A stretch of DNA of 64,000 nt, from assembly GCA_016748015.1 (NCBI GenBank), contig JAAOMT010000697.1, positions 442,868-506,867 on the forward strand, given 5' to 3'. The DNA is from Geosiphon pyriformis uo1 (Eukaryota; Fungi; Glomeromycota). The position numbers and the translations under genes are program-made. Below are positions 11,786 through 22,736 of this stretch, piece after piece; the first letter of the stretch is position 1; each line of letters opens with the position of its first letter. A model generated the notes under the pieces. The model was not told where the DNA came from. It worked only from the letters and a program-made list of their open reading frames with translations, and did not search any database.

Positions 11786-14466
11786 TGTTATGGGATGGTT
11801 TTCTTGTTATATTTAATTGCTGATATCCCGCTTTAATTGCAATCAGTCTTTCGTGAGTTCCTCAATTCTATTTGTGTGATAATGTCACTGTTATACTGAA
11901 GGCTTTCTTTTTACTGTTGTGATGTAAGTTATTCTTTAATTCTTGATTGTTGTGTGTGTTTATGTACTCCTTCTCAAAGGCTGAACTGAAATCTACCCAC
12001 TGTCTGGGATCTTTTCTGAGGCTATCCTTGCAATTGCCTGATGTGTTTCTCTAATCTAGAAACACAGAATGTTAATAGTCTTTAGTGCTTTTCTAATTCT
12101 CACAATAAAGCTTTTATCAATTAGTAACAACGTGAATAATCTTGATCAAGGATTATTCTTCCAAGGGATTCAGTTGATGAATGATAGTTTCATTTAATAA
12201 ATAATACAAGTAAGNNNNNNNNNNNNNNNNNNNNTTACGAGTTGGTAAGTCGTCCAATACTGTTGGTTGTTATTATGTTCATGGTTGGGTCCAACAATAA
12301 TTTGTGACAGTTTTCAAATGCTTTGAAAATTCTGTAAACTGTTTTTGAATGGAATGTAGTGTTGGTTTTTTCAATGAAAGGTTCTAATAGTTGGATAGTT
12401 GTTTTGTCAAACACTCTAGTTGAGTCTTTTGAATATAATGTTTGTATGTTCAAGTGCTTTCCTAGTTGATAATAACAGTAATTAATTGGAAATTTCGTTT
12501 TCAAGTTGCTAAATGTGTCTGGTGTTAATTCACTTATTTCTATTTCTTCCATTATTAATGTATTGCCCAATGCTATCTCTAATTTTTCAATAACTTTGCT
12601 AATAAATTTGTTGTTATATTTGGCAATATTATATGGTTCAAAATTATGTTCTTTTCTTGTTTTTGGATTTTCTATTGTTCTTTTTATGTATGTTATTTTG
12701 GAGCTATTAACTGTGATTTCTAGATCGGATTTTAATTGTTGTAAGCTTTCAACTAATTGTTGAGTTATATTGTTGATGTTTTCTGGAATAAATATCATTG
12801 TTTTAATTTTGACTGTTATTTTGGAATCTTTTGCATGCGTTTTTATGGTTGTTAAATCATTTTTGCTGTGATCTAAGATTAATTATCTTTTCAAATAATG
12901 TTCAATTAAAACTATTGGTTCTAAATCTCATGAAATTTGTTCTGGTAGAATTAAAGATAATTGTGTTCCAATTCTGGGTGTTTTTGTTGTTATTACTGGT
13001 TTACTGTAATAGAATTTCAGCCAGTTACCATGTGCTGCTTTTCTTAATATTTTATCATCTAGTCTTAGTTTGTATGCTCCATTTCCAAGTATTTTGTGAA
13101 TATAAAATGGTTCATTCCACTTGTGATCAAATTTTCCACTCCACTGTTTTTCCATTTTTGTATGATGCAACAATACTTTATCTCCAATTTTGTAGCTAAT
13201 TATATTATCTGGTAACTGGTTATCATGTCTCACTTTTTGTTGTTCTTGTGATTGTTCAATATTTTGTGCTGCTTTTCTTCTTTTGTTTTCTAAAGTTCCC
13301 ATTAATTCGTATGTTCTTCTAAGTAGTGTTTCCTGGAATGTTGCTTCCGTGATAGTGTCACTCGGATAAGTTGGAATAGTAAGTTCAACAGGTAATGTGG
13401 CTTTTCTTCCATAAACTAGTTCGAACGGTGTGAATTGTGTAGTATCTTGTTTTACTGTTCTATATGCTAGTAGTACTGCTGGTATGAACAAATCCCATTC
13501 TTTTTCATGTTCGTTACTAATTTTCGCCAGTGATTCACATAATGTGCGATTAAATCTTTCAACTAATCCATTTGTTTGAGGGTGGTATGGTGATGACAGT
13601 GGTCGCTTGATTCCAAATTTTTGGCTAAGTTCTTTTAAGGTGCTGTTTATGAAGTGTGTGCCTTGATCTGATAGCAATTCTTGTGGACATCCATGTCGGC
13701 AAATTAAGTCTTCATGTACGAATTGAGCTACGGAAATAGCATCAGCTGTTTTAATAGCTCTAGCTTCTGGCCATTTGGTGAGATAGTCCATGGCTACTGC
13801 AATATAATGNNNNNNNNNNNNNNNNNNNNNNNNNNNNNNNNNNNNNNNTGCCTGATGTGTTTCTCTAATCTAGAAACACAGAATGTTAATAGTCTTTAGT
13901 GCTTTTCTAATTCTCACAATAAAGCTTTTATCAATTAGTAACAACGTGAATAATCTTGATCAAGGATTATTCTTCCAAGGGATTCAGTTGATGAATGATA
14001 GTTTCATTTAATAAATAATACAAGTAAGTTTTTTAATACTTTGGGTTGTGATAGTTCTGTTTTAAATATTCTTTTTCATTTCTTTTTGATTTTTAAAAGT
14101 TTCTTGGGATATTTAATTTGAAAGTATGATTTAAAGTGGAGTTTGTTGGATAAAATTGGATCTGTTGCTTAATAAGTTATGATTTTTATTACTTGATTGA
14201 TTATTTCCCAATATTAAAACTACTGTATATATACATGTTTATAGTTCTACGAGAAAATACTTTTTTTTTGATATTTCAACCTGGTGTTTGCTGCTATCAC
14301 CAATTGGTATTGGCTGCTATTGTAAACTAGTGCTTGCCACTATTGCGAGATGGTGTTTGCTACTATGTTAATCATTACCTTTCTAAGATTATTACTGTGC
14401 TATATTATGATTGAATAGTTTGTATTATTTTTATGATTCTTTTTGCTAAATTCTTAAACCATAACA
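11786..14466 (-). repeat. 3' LTR of the Gypsy element (~950 bp net; present as 11786-12214 and 13849-14466 with a mis-scaffolded internal contig between them)
   Basis: Near-identical to 21760-22732. Ends in TAACA at 14466, beside the PPT. Confidence 0.85.
12235..12927 (-). pseudogene. Coding region of unknown function downstream of the Gypsy integrase (continues at 14585-14480 in the overlapping contig)
   Basis: 187-aa ORF 12798-12235 in the same frame as the integrase ORF. The overlapping contig extends it past one TAA to a stop at the edge of the PPT. Confidence 0.6.
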
Positions 14467-15857
14467 TTATCCCCTCCTTTTAAGATTGAGCTCCATCGAA
14501 ATCGAAGTTAATTTCTTCATTAAATTCTAAGTTACTATAGTGGTTTAATACTGTGTTATTAATTTGTTGTTGTAATTCTTGAAATTACGAGTTGGTAAGT
14601 CGTCCAATACTGTTGGTTGTTATTATGTTCATGGTTGGGTCCAACAATAATTTGTGACAGTTTTCAAATGCTTTGAAAATTCTNNNNNNNNNNNNNNNNN
14701 NNNNNNNNNNNNNNNNNNNNNNNNNNNNNNNNNGGGATATTTAATTTGAAAGTATGATTTAAAGTGGAGTTTGTTGGATAAAATTGGATCTGTTGCTTAA
14801 TAAGTTATGATTTTTATTACTTGATTGATTATTTCCCAATATTAAAACTACTGTATATATACATGTTTATAGTTCTACGAGAAAATACTTTTTTTTTGAT
14901 ATTTCAACCTGGTGTTTGCTGCTATCACCAATTGGTATTGGCTGCTATTGTAAACTAGTGCTTGCCACTATTGCGAGATGGTGTTTGCTACTATGTTAAT
15001 CATTACCTTTCTAAGATTATTACTGTGCTATATTATGATTGAATAGTTTGTATTATTTTTATGATTCTTTTTGCTAAATTCTTAAANNNNNNNNNNNNNN
15101 NNNNNNCGTTACTAATTTTCGCCAGTGATTCGCATAATGTGCGATTAAATCGTTCAACTAATCCATTTGTTTGAGGGTGGTATGGTGATGACAGTGGTCG
15201 CTTGATTCCAAATTTTTGGCTAAGTTCTTTTAAGGTGCTGTTTACGAAGTGTGTGCCTTGATCTGATAGCAATTCTTGTGGACATCCATGTCGGCAAATT
15301 AAGTCTTCATGTACGAATTGAGCTACGGAAATAGCATCAGCTGTTTTAATAGCTCTAGCTTCTGGCCATTTGGTGAGATAGTCCATGGCTACTGCAATAT
15401 AATGGTTGTTTTTTGTTGTTATTGGTAAGGGTCCAACTAAATCAATTCCGATTCTGTCAAATGGCTGTCCAACTTTTATTGGTTTTAATAATTCCGTTGT
15501 TTTTGTTCCTCCTCTTCGTTGGCATGGGTCACAATTTCTTATGTATTGGATTATGTCTGAGCTCATTTTTGGCCAATAGTAACGGCTAGTTGCACGTTGG
15601 ATGGTTGCTGTTTTTCCAAAGTGGCCTGAATGAATATCTGAGTGCATGTTAAATAAGATAGTTTCTTTTTCATCCGTGGTTATAACTTTTAATGGATTAT
15701 CTGAATTTTGTTGATTCCGGTAATAAAGTATGTGATTTTGGATGAAATAGTGTTTTGCTAATTTTTGAAGCTTAATTAGCTCTTTTACTGGCATTTCTTC
15801 GTCTATTTGTAGTGTTTCCAAGTATTGGCTGAGGTTTTTGTAAAGGTGGTTGTTCAT
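12928..15857 (-). pseudogene. Gypsy integrase (HHCC zinc finger, rve core, C-terminal GPY/F-like region), split over two contigs: 15857-15107 and 13809-12928
   Basis: HSDIHSGH...CDPCQR, IGIDLVGPLP, LSDQGTHF, YHPQTNGLVERFNRTL, KWNEPFYIHKILGNGAYKL. Confidence 0.95.
14467..14482 (-). other. Polypurine tract of the Gypsy element
   Basis: Minus strand reads TAAAAGGAGGGGATAA directly before the TGTTA of the 3' LTR. Confidence 0.85.
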
Positions 15858-15886
15858 TGTTGTTGTGGCGGGTGGGTTGGTGATTT

Positions 15887-17299
15887 TTATGTGTGTCTCA
15901 TTCTTGACAAACAGTCAGCATTAGCATTTTTGGTACCTTCTTTGTATTTGATAATATAATCGTATGGTGCTAACATTTGTGACCATCTGGCGTATTTTCC
16001 TTTTAGCGCTTTCTTGTTATTTAACCAGACCAAACCTCTATGATCTGTCATAATCTCAAAGGGTTGGTACCGTAAATATGTGTCAAAGTGAACACAACTC
16101 CAGACTACTGCTAAGCATTTAAGTTCATGTGCTGCGTAGTTTTGTTCTGCCATACTGAGATTTCTGCTGGCATAAGCGATTACATGTTCTCTTCCATTAT
16201 CATCTTTTTGTAACAGAATGACTCCAAGTCCAGTTCCAGAGACATCTGTGGCCAAAATGAATTTCTTGTTGAAATTCAGATAGATCATTATTGGTGATTC
16301 AATGAGCTTTTGTCTAAGGTACTCAAAAGCTTTTTGTTGTGCTTTAGTCCATTCAAACTTCACATTTTTAGATAGTAGGTAATTAAGGGGTTTGGCAATG
16401 TTTGAAAAGTTTTCTACAAAGCGGCAGTAGTAAGATGCGAGTCCTAAAAAGCTTTTAACTTCTGAAATGTTTCGAGGTACTGGAAAATTTTTCATTTTGT
16501 CTATTTTTGATGGATCTGGTTTTATTCCATCTTTTCCAACTACGTGTCCTAAAAATGCTAGCTTATTTTTCCCAAAGAAACATTTTTCTAGATTTAGTTT
16601 AAGTCCAGCATGTCTCAATCTCTCAAAAACTTGTTGTAAATGTTGGAGATGATCCATGAATTTTGACGAGAAAACATTTGTATCATCCAAGTAGACAACA
16701 ACGGATTGCCACAGGATTCCGGAGTAAATTACGTTCATTAGTCTTTGGAATGTCGCGGGAGCGTTTGTTAATCCAAATGGCATTACATTGAACTCATAAT
16801 TGCCATTTTGTGTTGTGAATGCTGTTTTATGCCTGTCCTTTGGGTCCATTTCTACTTGCCAGTACCCACTGGTCAAGTCCAGTGTAGAAAACCATTTTGC
16901 TCCTCCAAAAACGTCGAAGATTTCGTCAATTAACGGTATTGGGTATGAGTCTTTGGTTGTTTTGCTGTTTAGTTTGTGATAGTCGACGCAAAATCTAATT
17001 TTTCCGTTCTTTTTCCTTACTAAAACAACTGGTGAGGACCATGGGCTCATTGATGATTGTATTATTCCTTTTTTCAACATGCTTTGGACTTCTTCTCTGA
17101 TAAAATTATGCTCCATTGGTGGAACATGGTAAGCACGTTGTTTTTCAGGTCTGGCGTCTCCAGTAGAGATTTGGTGTTGAACCAAGTTGGTTCTTCCAAA
17201 TTCGCCATTTCTTGAAAATATATCAGAGTATTTTAAAATTAATGCTTTTAATTGTCGCTGTTGGTCAGGATCCATTGTTTCAATGTTTAATTTGGCCAA
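15887..17299 (-). CDS. Gypsy reverse transcriptase and RNase H (part of the decayed pol polyprotein)
   Basis: SPWSSPVVLV, RFCVDY..LN, LDLTSGYWQ, MPFGLTNAPATFQ, YLDD; RNase H TDVSGTGLG, ELKCLAVVW, TDH, NANADCLSR. Confidence 0.97.
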   Translation of the reverse strand: MAKLNIETMDPDQQRQLKALILKYSDIFSRNGEFGRTNLVQHQISTGDARPEKQRAYHVPPMEHNFIREEVQSMLKKGIIQSSMSPWSSPVVLVRKKNGKIRFCVDYHKLNSKTTKDSYPIPLIDEIFDVFGGAKWFSTLDLTSGYWQVEMDPKDRHKTAFTTQNGNYEFNVMPFGLTNAPATFQRLMNVIYSGILWQSVVVYLDDTNVFSSKFMDHLQHLQQVFERLRHAGLKLNLEKCFFGKNKLAFLGHVVGKDGIKPDPSKIDKMKNFPVPRNISEVKSFLGLASYYCRFVENFSNIAKPLNYLLSKNVKFEWTKAQQKAFEYLRQKLIESPIMIYLNFNKKFILATDVSGTGLGVILLQKDDNGREHVIAYASRNLSMAEQNYAAHELKCLAVVWSCVHFDTYLRYQPFEIMTDHRGLVWLNNKKALKGKYARWSQMLAPYDYIIKYKEGTKNANADCLSRMRHT

Positions 17300-17721
17300 T
17301 TCTTCTGGCGTAAATTGATAGCATTCTACCGGTTGTTGCCAATTTATTGAAGTGAGTTCACAGTAGAGGGCAATTTCTGGGAAATTTAGAATTTCTTGTA
17401 GTGTTGACGCGTTTTCTAGCTCCGTTCCGAGGTATCCAATGATGGTATTTTCCGGAATGTAGACAGGTTCTTCTGTGGTGTTTGCGATAGGAATTTTTAT
17501 CTATTGAGCTTTATCAGCTGGAATAAAAAGGTTAGTAAGTCCTATAAGAAACTATTAGCAAGTTTCTGGGTAGGGCTCAAATATTAGGTCTTTTTCTTTA
17601 ATTGTCCTTTTTATTCTTATTTCTGATTTTCCATATGGTAGGAGTGTGATGGACTGCTCATTTTTAATTACTTCGCCTTTTTCCTCTATTGTTTCAGCGA
17701 AATTTGCTTCAATTCCTTTTC

Positions 17722-18139
17722 TTGTCGATCCGAAACCAAAAGTTCCTCTCGTTATTTGTGACAATTCCTCATGATTTTCCACTGGCACAAATTTCCCAAT
17801 TTTTACAAATGGTAGGAAAATTGCTTGTGCAATCTTTTTCTTAGATTTAATAGTATAAGGCTTTTCTGAATTGTTCTGTAGCAAAACCATCAAATTTCCA
17901 GTATATCTGGAGTCAATTACTCTTCCTTGAACGCTTATTCCTTTTTTCGCAAGGCTTGATCACGACGCCATTTGAACCATTATTCCTGGTGGAATTTCAA
18001 CTGCTATTTTTAGGTCGATTTTGGTGATGCTCCTAGGTGGTAACGTTGTGGATTGGTCTTCTGGATAACATAGATCGAATCTGGCATCAGTTGAATGGGC
18101 TCTTTCGGGTATTATTTCTAAGTGCCTGTTGTCAAAGTA
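17722..18139 (-). pseudogene. dUTPase domain inside the Gypsy pol, between protease and RT
   Basis: Manual translation: PERAHSTDARFDL (motif 1), AS*SSLAKKG (motif 2), GRVIDSRYTGNL (motif 3), KIAQAIF (motif 4), RGTFGFGST (motif 5). Confidence 0.9.
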
Positions 18140-18922
18140 TCAGATGTCGGTCACCTGTTCTAGGTTAGTATAGACTACAAATTTTTCTGACTCGGGACTG
18201 TCAGGTGAGTCTTGTTGATTTATTGATTGATTTTGAGACTGCTGATTCTCAATTTCTATTTTTTTTTTTAAGTTCCTTTTGTCTTGACACTCTTCACAGC
18301 ACTGGTTTTGGCACGGGATGAGACAGTTTTCACAGAGGTAAGTGTTGATTTGGGCGAGGTATTGTTCTTGCTCTTGTTGAGTGGGGCATAGTTGTTGGTA
18401 GTAGTCCTGGAATTCGTCCACTGGGTCGAACATGTTGTAGCTGGCGACTTTGTCAGCTACTTCGGCTGACTCTTTCCAACGTCGTATTTCTTCGGCGGTT
18501 CTTTCTTTTACTTTGGCTTGTGTAGTGTTGTACAATTCGTCCTTGTCGTGTGGATAGTGCTGTAGTCTTTTTAACGCTCTGTTGAACGCTGCTTCGAATG
18601 GCGTTCCTCCTCTTACCCAGTCACAGATGAGGATCGTGTATTGGCAAGTTGCGTCACACGTTCCTCCTCTGCCTGGTAAGTCATTCCAGTCGCACCTTCT
18701 TGGTAACAGTTCTCCACAAGCGAGGCACAGTTCCTCGTCCCATTTTCCGTGTCTTTCTGGGTAACCGTATTTTTCTTTGTTACAACGGTTACAATAGTAG
18801 TGGGTGGGGTTTCTTGGGTCTTCGTCTGGTGTGCTGCACGCAGTCATAGACGAGAGTTTCTTCTTGCAAACCGAGCATTCTAGCTTTGGTTTGTGTCGCT
18901 GGTGGTTTCTTCATGAACTTAC

Positions 18923-19520
18923 CTAGTTCCATTCGGATCTTTCTTTGCTGGTCCACATTGGTACGGCTGGTAGTCCTGTTCTTTGGTCATCAGCCCAAGA
19001 GAGCTGATAGGTTTCGATGGCTGGTAGTGCTGGATTTTCCTCAAATTTGAAGGTAGGTCTTTGGTTGGCACTGGGTTTTTGGAAGTGGCCACAGGTGGCT
19101 GGAATTTTGGCCTGGTGGCCATTATAATTGATCAGAAGCTCTTGGGTGGTCCAGTCTAGGGTGGTGTTGGCTTTTGTTAACCAGTCATTCCCTACTAATG
19201 CTTGATATTGTGTAGCGTCCATTACTAATACTTTTGTAGGTATTACTATGCCGTTAATTTCGAAAGGGAATGAGTCGATTTCGCCATGAGGCAGCTTTGT
19301 ACTTCCATCAGCTGTTATGATTTGGGACGTCGCAGCATGATCAACTTTGAAACCCAGTTGGTTTACTAGTTGAAGCATTATGATGCTTCCAGCGGATCCG
19401 CTGTTTAAGATAAGTTTGATTGGGGTATTGTTTACAGTGGCTTCCGTATACATAGCAGTGATTGGGCATTTTTCGTCCAATGCTGCTCTACTGAACATAG
19501 CCTCGTTTTCCTCTAATTCA
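18923..19520 (-). pseudogene. Gypsy aspartic protease (catalytic DSG eroded to NSG)
   Basis: IKLILNSGSAGS, ITADG and QALVGNDWL match the retropepsin pattern. Confidence 0.85.
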
Positions 19521-19750
19521 AAAGGAAAAATAGCTGCGAGGCTGCTATCTTCGGTGACAACTGCTGGTGGTATTGTCTGGCTTAATTTGGAGGAATTTTT
19601 GGTTCTGTTTATGTTTCTACCGTCATTGTTTCCAATGATCAGGTTTTCCGGTATATTAAGGTAAGTTTGTTGATAATTTTGGTAGTTTGGATTGGTTTGC
19701 TGATTGGTTCCAGTGCGGTTTGGATTCCTCTGGACCAATGCGTTCTGGTT

Positions 19751-21677
19751 TTACATGGGCTGATTTCGGGCCTCGGGATGCCAATTTGGGTTGGCTATCA
19801 TGGGCTGTTGCTGGTAAGCTCCTTGATTTTGATACGTGGTGGGATATTGGCATGGTATTGGCATGTACTGGTTTCTGGGCATTTGGGGTGGCGCGTAGTA
19901 ATTATTTTCGCGTGCTTCCTGCATCATTCGCATTTGACATTGACTAATCAAATGTCCTATGCGTTTGCAAAAATGGCAGGCGCGTGTTTCTGTTCTGAAT
20001 TCCTGGCGCGCCAAGCAATTATTTCGACTGTCGTTGACTTCCTGGCTGCGTCTTTGGAGTGGTTGGTATGTATTTTTTCTCGGATTCGGGATGAGGTAAC
20101 TTTCTATTTTCTTAGAGAGTTCCTCCCCTAATCGCGTTACTCTTTTCTCTAATGTTTCTGTCTTATTTTCCTTCATTACCATGTTAACCATTTAACTATG
20201 ATTAGCTTCTTTCTCAGCCGATTCAAGGGCTCTGGTGAGCGTAACGACTTCTGGTAAGGAATTAGGGTGGGCAGGGCGTACTCTTCCTAAAATGCTGCTT
20301 TTTAATCCTCTAATAAACTAATTTAAAACCTGAGGATCAGTGTAGTATCCTTGTTCAATTGCTTCAATCTGACAGCGAATTCGATTGAATCGAGCAAGGT
20401 ATTGGGTGACAGTTTTACCAGTATTTTGCTTGATAGTATTGAATTCGTTCTGTAGTTGGATTATGGCGTTTGGGTCGCTAAAATACTCCAGGAGTGCATT
20501 TTTAAATTTGGCGAAGCTCGTGGGTTTTGTTTCCAGGCTTTGATACCACGAGTTGGCTGTGCCTTTCAGGAAGAAAGGTAATGTTTGAATTGCTCTTTGG
20601 TTGTTCCAGTTATTTGCCTGGATGGCTTTTTGTGCTTCTCTGAGCCATGTGTGCACATCCGTTTCTTCTTCCTCTCCTGAGAAATCTGTTAGTCTTGCAA
20701 TGTATGGTGTGGTCATTTCGTTGCCGTTGTCTNNNNNNNNNNNNNNNNNNNNNNNNNNNNNNNNNNNNNNNNNNNNNNNNNNGGATTATGGCGTTTGGGT
20801 CGCTAAAATACTCCAGGAGTGCATTTTTAAATTTGGCGAAGCTCGTGGGTTTTGTTTCCAGGCTTTGATACCACGAGTTGGCTGTGCCTTTCAGGAAGAA
20901 AGGTAATGTTTGAATTGCTCTTTGGTTGTTCCAGTTATTTGCCTGGATGGCTTTTTGTGCTTCTCTGAGCCATGTGTGCACATCCGTTTCTTCTTCCTCT
21001 CCTGAGAAATCTGTTAGTCTTGCAATGTATGGTGTGGTCATTTCGTTGCCGTTTTCTGCTGGTGGGTTTATTGGTCTAAGAGAAGGTGGGATGATATTTC
21101 CTTGAGCATTCCTAAAGGTGGCTTCCCTTATATCCGGTTCTTCCTCTTGATCACGAGTTTCTTGGTTTCTGGACTGGCTGCTTGTTCCAGTGACTGGTCT
21201 TGTGATTGTTTTTTTGCTGGTCTCTTTTTCGGATTCCGATTCAGACTCCTCTTCACGGTTTTCAAACCCCGTTCTAAATTTTGGCTGAAAAAGAGGGTTT
21301 TGGAATAGTGATAAATATCCTCCTGTAATTGGTATGTCTCCCCAGTTACGTTGTTTAATTTTATCAATATAACTAGGAGTTTTTCGCGTTTGTGGAGTTG
21401 ATGTTGATGATGATGCAGCTCCTAATGGAATTTGTATCTTATTTTCTGGTGAAAAATGGTATGATTTATCTTCTGGTGAATAAATACGTTGTTTCTTTAT
21501 TGATTGAGTGACAGTTTTCTTTGGCGTTTGAGCTGGTGTTCCTAGTTTTTGCTGGTTACTTTCCTGATTAGTTTCTAAATTTTCTTTGGTTTTGTTGGNN
21601 NNNNNNNNNNNNNNNNNNNNNNNNNNNNNNNNNNNNNNNNNNNNNNNNACAGTAAGATTAGGGGTTTTTGTCACCAC
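19751..21677 (-). pseudogene. Gypsy gag (capsid domain and CCHC zinc knuckle)
   Basis: FSGEEEETDVHTWL..LKGTANSWY..FKNALLEYF..IKQNTGKTVTQYLARF; knuckle CHFCKRIGHLISQC. Confidence 0.9.
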
Positions 21678-21739
21678 TTTTGTCTTTTCCTTTTTAGCAA
21701 TGAATTATTGCTAATTATTATTTCCTTTTTGATTTTCTT

Positions 21740-21757
21740 TTCTCATAGGGTTCACCA
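21740..21757 (-). other. Primer-binding site of the Gypsy element
   Basis: Minus strand TGGTGAACCCTATGAGAA starts 2 nt after the 5' LTR and is complementary to a tRNA ending GGGTTCACCA. The isoacceptor is not established. Confidence 0.8.
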
Positions 21758-21759
21758 AA

Positions 21760-22732
21760 TGTTACAGGATGGTTTTCTTGTTATATTTAATTGCTGATAT
21801 CCTGCTTTAATTGCAATCAGTCTTTCGTAAGTTCCTCAATTCTATTTGTGTGATAATGTCACTGTTACACTGAAGACTTTCTTTTTACTGTTGCGATGTA
21901 AGTTATTCTTTAATTCTTGATTGTTGTGTGTGTTTATGTACTCCTTCTCAGAGACTGAACTGAAATCTACCCACTGTCTGGGGTCTTCTCTGAGGCTATC
22001 CTTGCAATTGTCTGATGTGTTTCTCTAATCTAGAAACACAGAATGTTAATGGTCTTTAGCACTTTTCTAATTCTCACAATAAAGCTTTTATCAATTAGTA
22101 ACAACGTGAATAATCTTGATCAAGAATTATTCTTCCAAGGGATTCAGTTGATGAATGATAGTTTCATTTAATNNNNNNNNNNNNNNNNNNNNTTTATCAA
22201 TTAGTAACAACGTGAATAATCTTGATCAAGAATTATTCTTCCAAGGGATTCAGTTGATGAATGATAGTTTCATTTAATAAATAATACAAGTAAGTTTCTT
22301 AATACTTTGGGTTGTGATAGTTCCATTTTAAATATTCTTTTTCATTTCTTTTTGATTTTTAAAGGTTTCTTGGGATATTTAATTTAAAAGTATGATTTAA
22401 AGTGGAGTTTGTTGGATAAAATTGGATCTGTTGCTTGATAAGTTATGATTTTTATTACTTGATTGATTATTTCCCAATATTAAAACTACTGTATATATAC
22501 ATGTTTATAGTTCTACGAGAAAATACTTTTTTTTTGATATTTCAACCTGGTGTTTGCTGCTATCACCAATTGGTATTGGCTGCTATTGTAAACTGGTGCT
22601 TGCCACTATTGCGAGATGGTGTTTGCTACTATGTTAATCATTACCTTTCTAAGATTATTACTGTGCTATATTATGATTGAATAGTTTGTATTATTTTTAT
22701 GATTCTTTTTGCTAAATTCTTAAACCGTAACA
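21760..22732 (-). repeat. 5' LTR of the Gypsy element
   Basis: TGTTA...TAACA termini, matches the left LTR. Contains a small gap-associated duplication. Confidence 0.92.
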
Positions 22733-22736
22733 ATGT

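Larger units (their letters stand above)
11786..22732 (-). mobile_element. Ty3/Gypsy LTR retrotransposon (gag-PR-Cys-rich-dUTPase-RT-RNase H-IN) with 4-bp TSD ATGT; internally scrambled by scaffold gaps
   Basis: TGTTA...TAACA termini. ATGT at 11782-11785 and 22733-22736. PBS next to the right LTR and PPT at 14467-14482. RT-RH-IN order is Gypsy-type. Confidence 0.95.

Noticed and set aside
14734-15086. Apparent third LTR copy or tandem element
   Set aside because: It is bounded by gaps on both sides and matches 14106-14458, so it is a misplaced contig.
19380-20131. Antisense ORFs over Gypsy gag and protease (154, 94 and 86 aa)
   Set aside because: Shadow ORFs on the opposite strand of coding sequence, with no independent support.
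20457-21052. Duplicated gag capsid segment
   Set aside because: The copies look identical and flank an N-gap, so this is an assembly artefact.
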